Positions 37,106 to 45,784 of a stretch of DNA of 64,000 nt are shown here, one piece after another. Origin of the DNA: Candidatus Helarchaeota archaeon (GTDB lineage: Archaea > Asgardarchaeota > Lokiarchaeia > Helarchaeales > RDOG01); contig JAHPZH010000001.1 in assembly GCA_019058315.1 (NCBI GenBank), positions 245,566 through 309,565 of the forward strand, given 5' to 3'. Within the stretch, counting starts at the first letter, position 1; every line of letters begins with the position of its first letter. The notes under the pieces were generated by a model, which worked only from the letters and a program-made list of their open reading frames with translations, was not told the DNA's origin and searched no databases. The position numbers were made by a program, and so were the translations under genes.

Positions 37106-37432
37106 CTAATAATATCCTCCTCCACTCAAAGGTGGAACAAGATAAAACTCATCCCCCTCATTTAACTCTAAATCTAAGTCCTTTTCTAAATCAAGATCCT
37201 TATAATTTCTCAAAAAATGTATCATTTTAAATTTTTTCTGACTTTTATCAAGAAAACTTTCTGGAAATGAGCCCGAATATCCTTCATATAAATAGTTTAA
37301 GAATGATTGAATGTTCATTCCCTTATCTATTTCCAATATTATTTGCTTTTTTCCAATACGCTCTCCTATTAACCCCATAAGATGAACTTTAATTTGAATT
37401 TTGTTACGATCCGATTTTTCTTCTTTTACCAT
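37106..37432 (-). CDS. MoaD/SAMP/Urm1-like ubiquitin-fold protein with C-terminal extension
   Basis: beta-grasp C-terminal motif LNEGDEFYLVPPLSGG followed by GYY*. Confidence 0.85.
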   Translation of the reverse strand: MVKEEKSDRNKIQIKVHLMGLIGERIGKKQIILEIDKGMNIQSFLNYLYEGYSGSFPESFLDKSQKKFKMIHFLRNYKDLDLEKDLDLELNEGDEFYLVPPLSGGGYY

Positions 37433-37511
37433 AAATTAACAACCAGTTTTTTTTAAAAAACTCTCTAAACAATATTATTATGTGTTAAATTCAAAAATAA
37501 ATTGATTATTT

Positions 37512-38663
37512 ATGAAATCCAAATCATTAGTTTCTATTGTAAAAGGGCAAGATCCAATAATAATTACTCAAAAAGCTATAAATCTATTGAGAGGAATTAA
37601 TAAATTTATTAAAAAGAGTGATAAAGTAGTAATAAAACCTAATTTAGTAGTTCCTCTACCAAACGAAACTGGAGTTACAACCTCTCCCTTAGTTGTAAAA
37701 GCTATAATTGAGCTACTTAAGAAAAATGGAAATGAAAAAATAACTGTAGGAGATTCGCCTTTCTTTCCATTTAATGCAAGGGATTGTTTTGAAAGAACAA
37801 GAATGAGGGAAATTATTGAGGATAATAATGTAGATATCGCATATTTTGACGAAGAAGAATATATTTCATTAGATAATCCACAAGGGAAATTACTTAAAAA
37901 GATCAATCTTCCCAAAAGCATTGTTGATTGTGATGCTATCATATCAGTTGCTAAAATGAAATGTCATTCTCAAACTCTAGTATCACTATCTATAAAAAAT
38001 CAGATTGGAATTCTCTCTCCTAACGATAAACAGATTTTTCATCGAGATGATCTTCATCAAAAGATAATAGATTTTTTTATTGCATTAAGAAGTAAATTAA
38101 AATTGGCAGTAATGGATGCAATTATTGCTTTAGAGGGTCAAGGACCAACATATGGAAATCCTGTAGATCTAAACCTTGTTTTGGCAAGTCAAGATTTTTT
38201 AGCATTGGATTCGGTTTGTTGTGAAATTATGGATATAGAAATGAATTCAATAGCCCATCTTCGTCTTGCAGTTCAAGAAGATCTTGGAAAATATAATTCA
38301 AATAATATTGAAATTCATGGAGAAAAAATTGATGAAGTTAAACACCCATTTGTAAAGGCTTCTCAGGAATTAATAGGTGTTTATCCAAATGTCCATGTCT
38401 ATGTAGGTGGAGCATGTAAAATAGGCTGTTTTGCTTGGGGTAGAGTTGCAATTGATTCCTTAGTTAAAAAGGAAGAATTAGATAAATATGGTGATATTTC
38501 AATAATTATGGGTGTTGATCCAAGTGTTCCTGAAAAACTAATTGGAACGGTTTTTGTTATTGGAGATTGTGCTAAAAAATATCAAGATAAAGGAATTTTT
38601 ATACCTGGGTGTCCTCCCTTTATGACCTATAAAGAGGTTAGAGATAATTTAATGAAAAAATAA
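37512..38663 (+). CDS. DUF362 Fe-S protein
   Basis: VVIKPNL, KMKCH..LSIKN, EGQGP, D-x-LALD; C-terminal GAC..C..GDCA..GCPP domain. Confidence 0.85.
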   Translation: MKSKSLVSIVKGQDPIIITQKAINLLRGINKFIKKSDKVVIKPNLVVPLPNETGVTTSPLVVKAIIELLKKNGNEKITVGDSPFFPFNARDCFERTRMREIIEDNNVDIAYFDEEEYISLDNPQGKLLKKINLPKSIVDCDAIISVAKMKCHSQTLVSLSIKNQIGILSPNDKQIFHRDDLHQKIIDFFIALRSKLKLAVMDAIIALEGQGPTYGNPVDLNLVLASQDFLALDSVCCEIMDIEMNSIAHLRLAVQEDLGKYNSNNIEIHGEKIDEVKHPFVKASQELIGVYPNVHVYVGGACKIGCFAWGRVAIDSLVKKEELDKYGDISIIMGVDPSVPEKLIGTVFVIGDCAKKYQDKGIFIPGCPPFMTYKEVRDNLMKK

Positions 38664-38686
38664 AGATAATCAAACATTTCTAATTA

Positions 38687-39916
38687 TTATTCTATTTTTG
38701 TTTCAATATCCGGAGAAATGGATTTCATTTTATATCTTTTAGGAAGGTCTGCAATATGTTTAGGACCTTCTTCCATTGCAATTTTAAAACCAACGCCAGC
38801 TCTTTCTTCAATTCGATGAAATGGTGTTTCTCCAATAGCTTCTTGAATGATCTCGGTTATGAAGTAGATTGGTATTTTAGATTCAAGTGTAACTTTTGCT
38901 AATGAGAGTATTAAAAAACATCCTCCACAATAAACTACTAGACCTTCAGCTCCTGATTCTTCTGCTTCTTTCAATCTAACTTGGGCGTCCATTACTATAT
39001 CCATTATATCTTGTTTTCTTGCAAATGAAGCAATCCCACAGCATAATGCGTTTTGTTTATTATGTTTCATCTCCACAATTTCTACGCCACAAGTTTGTAA
39101 AATTTTACGACTAAGATCAAAATAATGTGTTCCAAATGGTTTCGCATGACAATTATCATGTAATGTAAGTTTTTTGTTTACTTTATTCCTGATTTTTATG
39201 TTTCCATTCTCTATCCTTTCTGAAAGAAAATCCAATAAGCCAGTAGCTTCGAAATCATATTTAACATTAAATTTATCTGGATATATTTTAAGGATGGTAT
39301 CATAGCACCCTAAGCATGGAAATAATATTTTTTTAACTCCTATTTCTTTAAATTGTTTTTCCAGTCTCTTTGCAGTTTGTTCAGCTGTATCAAAAACGCC
39401 TAATCTATAAAAAGGTTCTGCACAACAAAGTTCATCCGTCATCATAATGTTCTGGTCTTCAAAAAGTTTCGATTTAAAAAGAAAAAAAGCCCCACCACAC
39501 ATAGAGCATCCAGGATATAGAAATTCTTCACACTTAGTTAATTCAGACCAAGATGTATAGAGTTGTTTTTCATCTTCAGGAACTCTCTCTTTTAAAATTG
39601 ACCATAAATTTGGTTTTGGTTGAAGGGGAGTGAGTATAAATCTAGAAATGTTTGCTAACCCTTTCTCTTTATATTTCTCATACCATCTATAAAGAATCAA
39701 TTCATAAGGATTGCAATTATTAGGACAAATTAGATTACACGTCATGCAGCTAGTACATTTTTTAATAATATGTTTGGCCTTTTCACCCTCAATTAATTTT
39801 CTCATTTCTTCTTTTGCTTCTTCTAAAGGCAATTCTAATACTGGACATTTGTGTAAACAGAGACCACATAAATCGCATTGCTCTTTTTTAAAAAAATAAT
39901 ATTTGTTTTCAACCAT
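38687..39916 (-). CDS. HdrD/GlpC-like Fe-S oxidoreductase (2x4Fe-4S + CCG domains)
   Basis: CDLCGLCLHKCP, CTSCMTCNLICP, PGC, LCCA, C-x2-C, HDNCH, LCCG. Confidence 0.87.
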   Translation of the reverse strand: MVENKYYFFKKEQCDLCGLCLHKCPVLELPLEEAKEEMRKLIEGEKAKHIIKKCTSCMTCNLICPNNCNPYELILYRWYEKYKEKGLANISRFILTPLQPKPNLWSILKERVPEDEKQLYTSWSELTKCEEFLYPGCSMCGGAFFLFKSKLFEDQNIMMTDELCCAEPFYRLGVFDTAEQTAKRLEKQFKEIGVKKILFPCLGCYDTILKIYPDKFNVKYDFEATGLLDFLSERIENGNIKIRNKVNKKLTLHDNCHAKPFGTHYFDLSRKILQTCGVEIVEMKHNKQNALCCGIASFARKQDIMDIVMDAQVRLKEAEESGAEGLVVYCGGCFLILSLAKVTLESKIPIYFITEIIQEAIGETPFHRIEERAGVGFKIAMEEGPKHIADLPKRYKMKSISPDIETKIE

Positions 39917-39930
39917 TATTAATCTCCAAA

Positions 39931-40872
39931 TTAACTAAAATAACCCTTAGTTATTTCAAAAACCCGATAACCAAGTTCTGGTAACTTTTTTAGAATAAGC
40001 ATTTCCGTTTTTGGGTTTTTAGAATAACACGTAATAAAATAAGTATCATCTTTAAATGAAAATTTTTGAAAATAAGCCTTTCCATTTTCTAGCTCAATAT
40101 CAGTCCAAAAATCTATAACATCTGTAATCCTTTTTGAGGAATCATCTTTTATTGAATCTTCAACCCAACTATTTAAGAATTGTTTAAGAGCAGATTGAGC
40201 GATCTGGAGATTTTCTTCATTACTACTATGTTTTTCTAAAATGAGGAGATTTTCTTCAAGAAGTATTATTGAAGAGGAAAATGTCGCTCTTGCAAATTCT
40301 TTTAATAATTTTTTGAAAAGATCTTTTATTACAGTGATTTGTTTCAGTCCTTGTGAGAAACTATTAATTATTGACCAATAATCATAAATAGAAGTCTCAA
40401 AAAATGTAACGTTTTTCAAGCTACCAAATTTATTCTTAATCTCTTCAGCTCTTTGTTGAATCTCTGGAAGCTCTCTTTTATCTGGGTCCATTTTATGAAT
40501 TAATATGAAAACACGAGAAGTGTCTATTGATTTAATTTCTGATACTTTCATTAATTGTTGAAAATATTCAAAGGATTCATCAATATTATCGCCTTGAACA
40601 TCCACGAAATAATATATTATATCATTATCCGTGAGGAATTTATGCGATTTTTTAATATATTCATCCCGATATATTTTTTGTCCTCCATAATCCCAAATTT
40701 GAAATTTATATCCGAGAATATTCAATGAATTCCTCTGCGCACCTGTTGTAGGCTTTAAATTATAAAGAGATCCAAACTTCTTTTGTAATACACTTAAAAA
40801 TGTTGATTTTCCAGATTCTTCCATACCTAAAAAAGCAATTCTTTTTGCTAATTTATCATCTAATTCTTCCAA
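39931..40872 (-). CDS. Rag/Gtr-like small GTPase with C-terminal roadblock-like domain
   Basis: G1 GMEESGKST, G2 PTTG, G3 WDYGGQ, G4 HKMD, G5 ETSIYD; ~130-aa alpha/beta C-terminal domain. Confidence 0.82.
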   Translation of the reverse strand: MEELDDKLAKRIAFLGMEESGKSTFLSVLQKKFGSLYNLKPTTGAQRNSLNILGYKFQIWDYGGQKIYRDEYIKKSHKFLTDNDIIYYFVDVQGDNIDESFEYFQQLMKVSEIKSIDTSRVFILIHKMDPDKRELPEIQQRAEEIKNKFGSLKNVTFFETSIYDYWSIINSFSQGLKQITVIKDLFKKLLKEFARATFSSSIILLEENLLILEKHSSNEENLQIAQSALKQFLNSWVEDSIKDDSSKRITDVIDFWTDIELENGKAYFQKFSFKDDTYFITCYSKNPKTEMLILKKLPELGYRVFEITKGYFS

Positions 40873-41030
40873 TTTAATATTTTACTCCAGCTAGTCAATT
40901 AACTAAAAATATTGAGTTTTATCAGTATTTATCTCATATTAAAAAATTTTAGGTACAATATTGAATTCATTTTAATAATTTTTATTGAAAATTATGATTA
41001 TCCTTTTGAAAAAAGAAAAAAGAAATTCAA

Positions 41031-41327
41031 TTATGATGTTAAATTTTTTATGACTTCTTCTGTTTGTTCAATTGACATAACTTGTTTTACTTCATAAAAA
41101 GCAAATGGAACATATTTTTGGGTTGCATTAGTAACTTCAACTTCAGTTCCTTCCATAATACTATATCCTTTTGTTTCACCAACAAATAATCCCCAATCCT
41201 TGGTTAGACCTTGTTTAATTTGTTCCTTTATCATGGACAAAAGAAAATTCCACCCCGTTCCTCGATCTTTACGACCAGTTGGTATTCTTCTTTGGTCGAT
41301 TTCCCAAAGAATTAGATATTTTGGCAT
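41031..41327 (-). CDS. DUF3303/GYD-like small alpha/beta protein
   Basis: MPKYLILW..DWG-x-F-x-GE-x-KGYSI-x-EG. Confidence 0.6.
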   Translation of the reverse strand: MPKYLILWEIDQRRIPTGRKDRGTGWNFLLSMIKEQIKQGLTKDWGLFVGETKGYSIMEGTEVEVTNATQKYVPFAFYEVKQVMSIEQTEEVIKNLTS

Positions 41328-41451
41328 AAATTGACACCTAATCTAATCTATTACATTATTATTGAAAAGAGTAAAATTGTATTTTTTTAAAATTAGTATT
41401 AATAATTTTATTAATTTTTTAAATATCATTCTAAAATTAGGTTAAATAAAA

Positions 41452-42501
41452 ATGAAAGCTGCTTTTTTTCAAGGTCCAAATCAAAAACCATTATTTAAGA
41501 TTGAAGATGTAGAAATACCAAAACCTAGCGTAAATGAAGTTTTGGTTAGAAATTATGCCTCAGCATTATGTGGAACGGATTTACATATTATTGACGGTTC
41601 CTTACTAAGAAACATCAAAGGAGAATGGCTGGCATATAAAGATTTGCCTATTGTAATAGGGCATGAAGCTTCAGGAATTGTTGAAGAAGTAGGAAAAAAC
41701 GTTAAAAGGTTGAAGAAAGGAGATCATGTATTCACAGCTCCTAATATATTCTGCGGTTACTGTTCTCATTGTATTCGTGGAAAAACAAATTTATGTAATA
41801 ATCGCAAAGTTATTGGGCTTCACTACCCTGGTTTCCACTCAGAATTCTTTGTTTGTGATGAAAAATCACTTTATTTGCTACCTGAAAATATTGATTTTGA
41901 TACTGGATGTTTAATAGGTGATACTTTAGGAACTGCATATCATGCTATTAAGCAAATAAATATTCAACCAGGTGATATCGTTTCTGTTTGGGGGCTTGGA
42001 CCTATTGGTACGACTGTGGCACAAATGGCAAAGATTGCTGGAGCTTCTAAAATTATCGCAATTGATGTAATGAATGAACGAATTCAATTAGCTAAAGATT
42101 TAGGAATGGATGTTTGTATTCATGCGGATGAAGCAAGAGATAAAATTATGGATTTAACAATGAATGAAGGTGTAGATGTAAGTATAGAAGTGACAGGTAT
42201 AAATATTGTTTTAGAAAATGCGTTTAATACTACCCGTAAAGGTGGAAAGGTCCTAGTTGTTGGGATACATTCAAAAAAGTTAAATTTGTATACTCTAGCT
42301 TTGAGTTATCGGGAAATTTCTATGATAGGGACATTTTCCCATACTTTTAACGAATCCGAACATATTATAAATTTAATTAGCTCAAATAAGATTAATTTAA
42401 AATCGTTAATTAGCCATAAATTTCCCCTAGAAGAAATAAATGAAGCTTATAAATTATTTATTGCGAAAAAAACGAATAAAGTTATCCTAAATCCCCACTA
42501 G
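41452..42501 (+). CDS. Zn-dependent medium-chain alcohol/polyol dehydrogenase
   Basis: CGTD, GHE, CGYCSHC..C structural Zn, GLGPIG. Confidence 0.93.
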   Translation: MKAAFFQGPNQKPLFKIEDVEIPKPSVNEVLVRNYASALCGTDLHIIDGSLLRNIKGEWLAYKDLPIVIGHEASGIVEEVGKNVKRLKKGDHVFTAPNIFCGYCSHCIRGKTNLCNNRKVIGLHYPGFHSEFFVCDEKSLYLLPENIDFDTGCLIGDTLGTAYHAIKQINIQPGDIVSVWGLGPIGTTVAQMAKIAGASKIIAIDVMNERIQLAKDLGMDVCIHADEARDKIMDLTMNEGVDVSIEVTGINIVLENAFNTTRKGGKVLVVGIHSKKLNLYTLALSYREISMIGTFSHTFNESEHIINLISSNKINLKSLISHKFPLEEINEAYKLFIAKKTNKVILNPH

Positions 42502-43147
42502 AACTTCTTGAAAAAATATTTAGACTTCCACCAGCTGTCATGTAAGCCTTCATAAACACGTCAAATATATGTTTTAATGGAAGATCTGCAAATGTTCCCC
42601 TATCACTTATATATTCAATATGTTTTTTACCATCTAAAGTGGTTTTTGGAAGCATACCATCATTAATTCCATCGAATTCGACAGTTTTGTGACCAAATTT
42701 CTGACATAGCTCTATATTAAAAGCGGGCGTAGCTTTAATCCATTTATTATTAAGATACAGCTCTGTGTAACCATGAAAAATAAACAAGTCTGTTCCCATT
42801 TCGTTTTTCAATTTTGGCGTTATTTGATGATTTCTAATATCTGCAAAATGTAGTCGTGATGGGATATTAACGGCTCTCGCTAATGTTGCAAGAACAACGG
42901 CCTTAGGAACACACCAAGCTCTTCCTTTTCGAATTATATTAGAAGCTTTGTAGCTTTTTTTCATAAACGAGAGAGAGTAAGGATCGTAAGGGATCTTATC
43001 CCGAGTCCAATAGAATATACTCTTTGCTTTTTCTATTGGATCAGACATATCCCTTGTGAGTTCATATGCAATATCAGAAATTAATTCAGAATCTGTATCA
43101 ATAAAATAAGTCTGTTTAAGATATTTCTCGTCTATTTTAGATTCCAA
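42482..43147 (-). CDS. Transglutaminase-like cysteine protease domain protein
   Basis: WCVPKA..LARAVNIPSRL, FHGYTELYL..W. Confidence 0.85.
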   Translation of the reverse strand: MESKIDEKYLKQTYFIDTDSELISDIAYELTRDMSDPIEKAKSIFYWTRDKIPYDPYSLSFMKKSYKASNIIRKGRAWCVPKAVVLATLARAVNIPSRLHFADIRNHQITPKLKNEMGTDLFIFHGYTELYLNNKWIKATPAFNIELCQKFGHKTVEFDGINDGMLPKTTLDGKKHIEYISDRGTFADLPLKHIFDVFMKAYMTAGGSLNIFSRSSSGDLG

Positions 43148-43302
43148 TTTTAATACTACTCACAATTTGTCTATCCAACAGAGAAATTTTTAGTTATAAT
43201 TATTTCTGAATAACTGGATTTTATTAAATTAGAAAACAAACCTTTAAATTTTAGACGATTAAAATAATAACTGGAAAATTATTTTAACGGAGGTTAGATA
43301 AT

Positions 43303-44310
43303 TTGAGTCAATGGGACCAAATAGTAACAGAAGAAGATGAAGGGTTTCATAAAAAAGATATAATGGAGTGGTATTATATCGCTGGGATTTTTAATGATAC
43401 TAGTCCTGAATTTGAAGATTGGGTATTCGTAAATACGTTTCTGGTCACTCAAGGAATTCGTGAATTTAATAGTATGTGGCTTTTCCCTACACATGAAAAT
43501 AAGGTTTTTGATATAGGTTATATGAGTTTAAAACCACGATCAATAAAAGTGAGTAAAAAACAAGTTGATACCACTTATAAAAATAATTTCTTTAAAGGAT
43601 TCTATCCAAATTATCATCTATACTTCGAGGGAATAGATAATAAATATATTTTTGATTTAAAGTTTAAGGCAGATGCTGAAATAAAATGGGTTACCAAAAA
43701 GGGATCAAATGAGAAAGTAATACGAGCTGACAGAAGTTCATATTTGTATGATTATTTTATTCCCCGCATCTTACATGAAGGGACATTAACAATTGATGGA
43801 AAAGAATGGCCAGTTCGAGCCGATGGTTATTATGAGCATGTACGCGGATTTGTAGACCCAACTGAAACGAAAGGCTGGTTATGGATTGGTACTCCAAGAG
43901 CGGAAGGAAAAGGAAAAAGTAAGAAACTTACCATTAATATCGGTACTGCTTTTAATCTAGACAATACACCACAAAATCAAATGATATATTTCACTGAAAA
44001 TGGAAAAGATTATGGTAGTTTCGAAAAATATGATATTAAAATTCTTGAAATAGAAAAATTTGAGGGTGCAGATTACCCTAATAAGTTACAAATAACTTCT
44101 GAAGAAGGAAGTGATAAGATGGATATTATATTTACAAGGTTACCGAGCACCCATAAAGTTAGTGGAGGAAGGGAGAATGCTATGATTCAAGCAATTTTTA
44201 TAACTGGTCCTTGTGTTTGTAAGGGATATCTGCAATGGAATAATAAAAAATATGATGTCAATAGCATTAGTATCGGAAGTTCCATGTATTTAACACAAAT
44301 TGGGAAATAA
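43303..44310 (+). CDS. CrtC/tocopherol-cyclase/AttH-like all-beta protein (paralogue 1)
   Basis: H..EWYY, G-x-L-x-IDG..GYYEHVRG..KGWLW. Confidence 0.6.
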   Translation: MSQWDQIVTEEDEGFHKKDIMEWYYIAGIFNDTSPEFEDWVFVNTFLVTQGIREFNSMWLFPTHENKVFDIGYMSLKPRSIKVSKKQVDTTYKNNFFKGFYPNYHLYFEGIDNKYIFDLKFKADAEIKWVTKKGSNEKVIRADRSSYLYDYFIPRILHEGTLTIDGKEWPVRADGYYEHVRGFVDPTETKGWLWIGTPRAEGKGKSKKLTINIGTAFNLDNTPQNQMIYFTENGKDYGSFEKYDIKILEIEKFEGADYPNKLQITSEEGSDKMDIIFTRLPSTHKVSGGRENAMIQAIFITGPCVCKGYLQWNNKKYDVNSISIGSSMYLTQIGK

Positions 44311-44339
44311 TTTAATATGAAATAATTTTAATCTGATTA

Positions 44340-45338
44340 CTATTTCTTATTTTTTAAATTTTTTAAAAGATCTATTGCTTCCTGTAAATCTGGTTCAAAT
44401 TCTAAACTTTTTTCTAGGTATTTTATTGCTTTCTGAACATTGCCTATTTTTTCATACGCTTCTCCAATTGTGCACCATGCATATCCATATTCGGGGTCTA
44501 ATTCAACTGCTTTTTTTGAAAATTCAATCGCTTTATCAAAGTCTCCAAGCTTAAAGTAAGCGTCTCCAACCTCATTCCAAGCTTCTGCGTCTTGAGGGCA
44601 GATTTTGATGACCTCTTTATAACATTCTAATGCTTTCTGGTATCCCCCTAACTCATAGTAACTATTTCCCATCGCATACCAGCCATCATTATCTTGAGGA
44701 TCAATTTCCAATACTTTTTTGTAACATTCAATAGCTTTTTGATGTTTATTTAAATATTCATAGCTTGTTCCCATATTATGCCATGCATCTACAAAATCGG
44801 GATCAATCTCTAACGCTTTTTTGGTACACTCAATTGCTTTTTGGTGTTCTTGTAACTCATTATAGGCAATCCCCATGATAAGCCAAGCAAGCTTGAATTG
44901 GGGATTAATTTCAGTTGCTTTTTGGGAACACTCAAGTACTTTCTGATAATTCTCTAGTTCTTTATAAGTTACTGCTAAATTTGTCCATGCTATAAAATCT
45001 TGGGGGTCAATTAATATAACCTTATTATAACATTCAATAGCTTTTTCAAAATTGCCTAAGGCTTCGTAATTATTTCCCATATCAACCCAAGCATGGATAA
45101 ATTCGGGCTCTAGTTTAACTGCTTTTTCAAAGCAATAAATTGCCTTTTGATAATTTTCTGATTTTTCATAATCCAATCCAGCGTTCCACCAAAGATGAGA
45201 AGTTTTCATATCCTCCAAAGGTTTTTCCCCTTTTAATACCGAACGTATAAATTCTTTCGTCCCTTCTCCTCCAACACCTCTTAGCTTTTTTATTTTTTCA
45301 AGTTGAGCTTCTATAATCTTTTCATCTTCTTCTGACAT
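44340..45338 (-). CDS. TPR repeat protein
   Basis: Eight 34-aa TPRs (AW-x-x-MG..KAIECY-x-K-x-L-x-IDP). Confidence 0.93.
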   Translation of the reverse strand: MSEEDEKIIEAQLEKIKKLRGVGGEGTKEFIRSVLKGEKPLEDMKTSHLWWNAGLDYEKSENYQKAIYCFEKAVKLEPEFIHAWVDMGNNYEALGNFEKAIECYNKVILIDPQDFIAWTNLAVTYKELENYQKVLECSQKATEINPQFKLAWLIMGIAYNELQEHQKAIECTKKALEIDPDFVDAWHNMGTSYEYLNKHQKAIECYKKVLEIDPQDNDGWYAMGNSYYELGGYQKALECYKEVIKICPQDAEAWNEVGDAYFKLGDFDKAIEFSKKAVELDPEYGYAWCTIGEAYEKIGNVQKAIKYLEKSLEFEPDLQEAIDLLKNLKNKK

Positions 45339-45443
45339 TTTAGTTCAGCTAAAGTATTTAATTTAAAAGCTGAAAATTTATTTAAAAATATTTTAATTTT
45401 AAAAAAATTGAAAAAAAAAAAATTGCGATAAAAAAGAACCACA

Positions 45444-45671
45444 TTATATTATTTCTAGAAATCCAATTAGAATTAATACTGATCCAATTATAATTCCACC
45501 AATTCCAATTTTGCTATGGTTTGAAACTGCTACTATTCCCATAACTACTACTGCACCGCCCCCGCCTAACCATATATATTCCGCAAATGCAACCGGTAGA
45601 GGTATAACTAAAAGGACCGTACCAATTATGCATGAAAGTAACCCAACTGTATCATAACTTTCCCAAGGCAT
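45444..45671 (-). CDS. Small 3-TM membrane protein
   Basis: Gly-rich hydrophobic helices; GGAG SD. Confidence 0.6.
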   Translation of the reverse strand: MPWESYDTVGLLSCIIGTVLLVIPLPVAFAEYIWLGGGGAVVVMGIVAVSNHSKIGIGGIIIGSVLILIGFLEII

Positions 45672-45784
45672 ATATTTCTCTCCAAAATTTTTTAAAATAT
45701 TATAATAATTTGTTTTTATATTTTTTATTTTAACTTAATACAATTATATCTTACACCTTTAAATTCGAAGAAAAAGAAAAAAAA

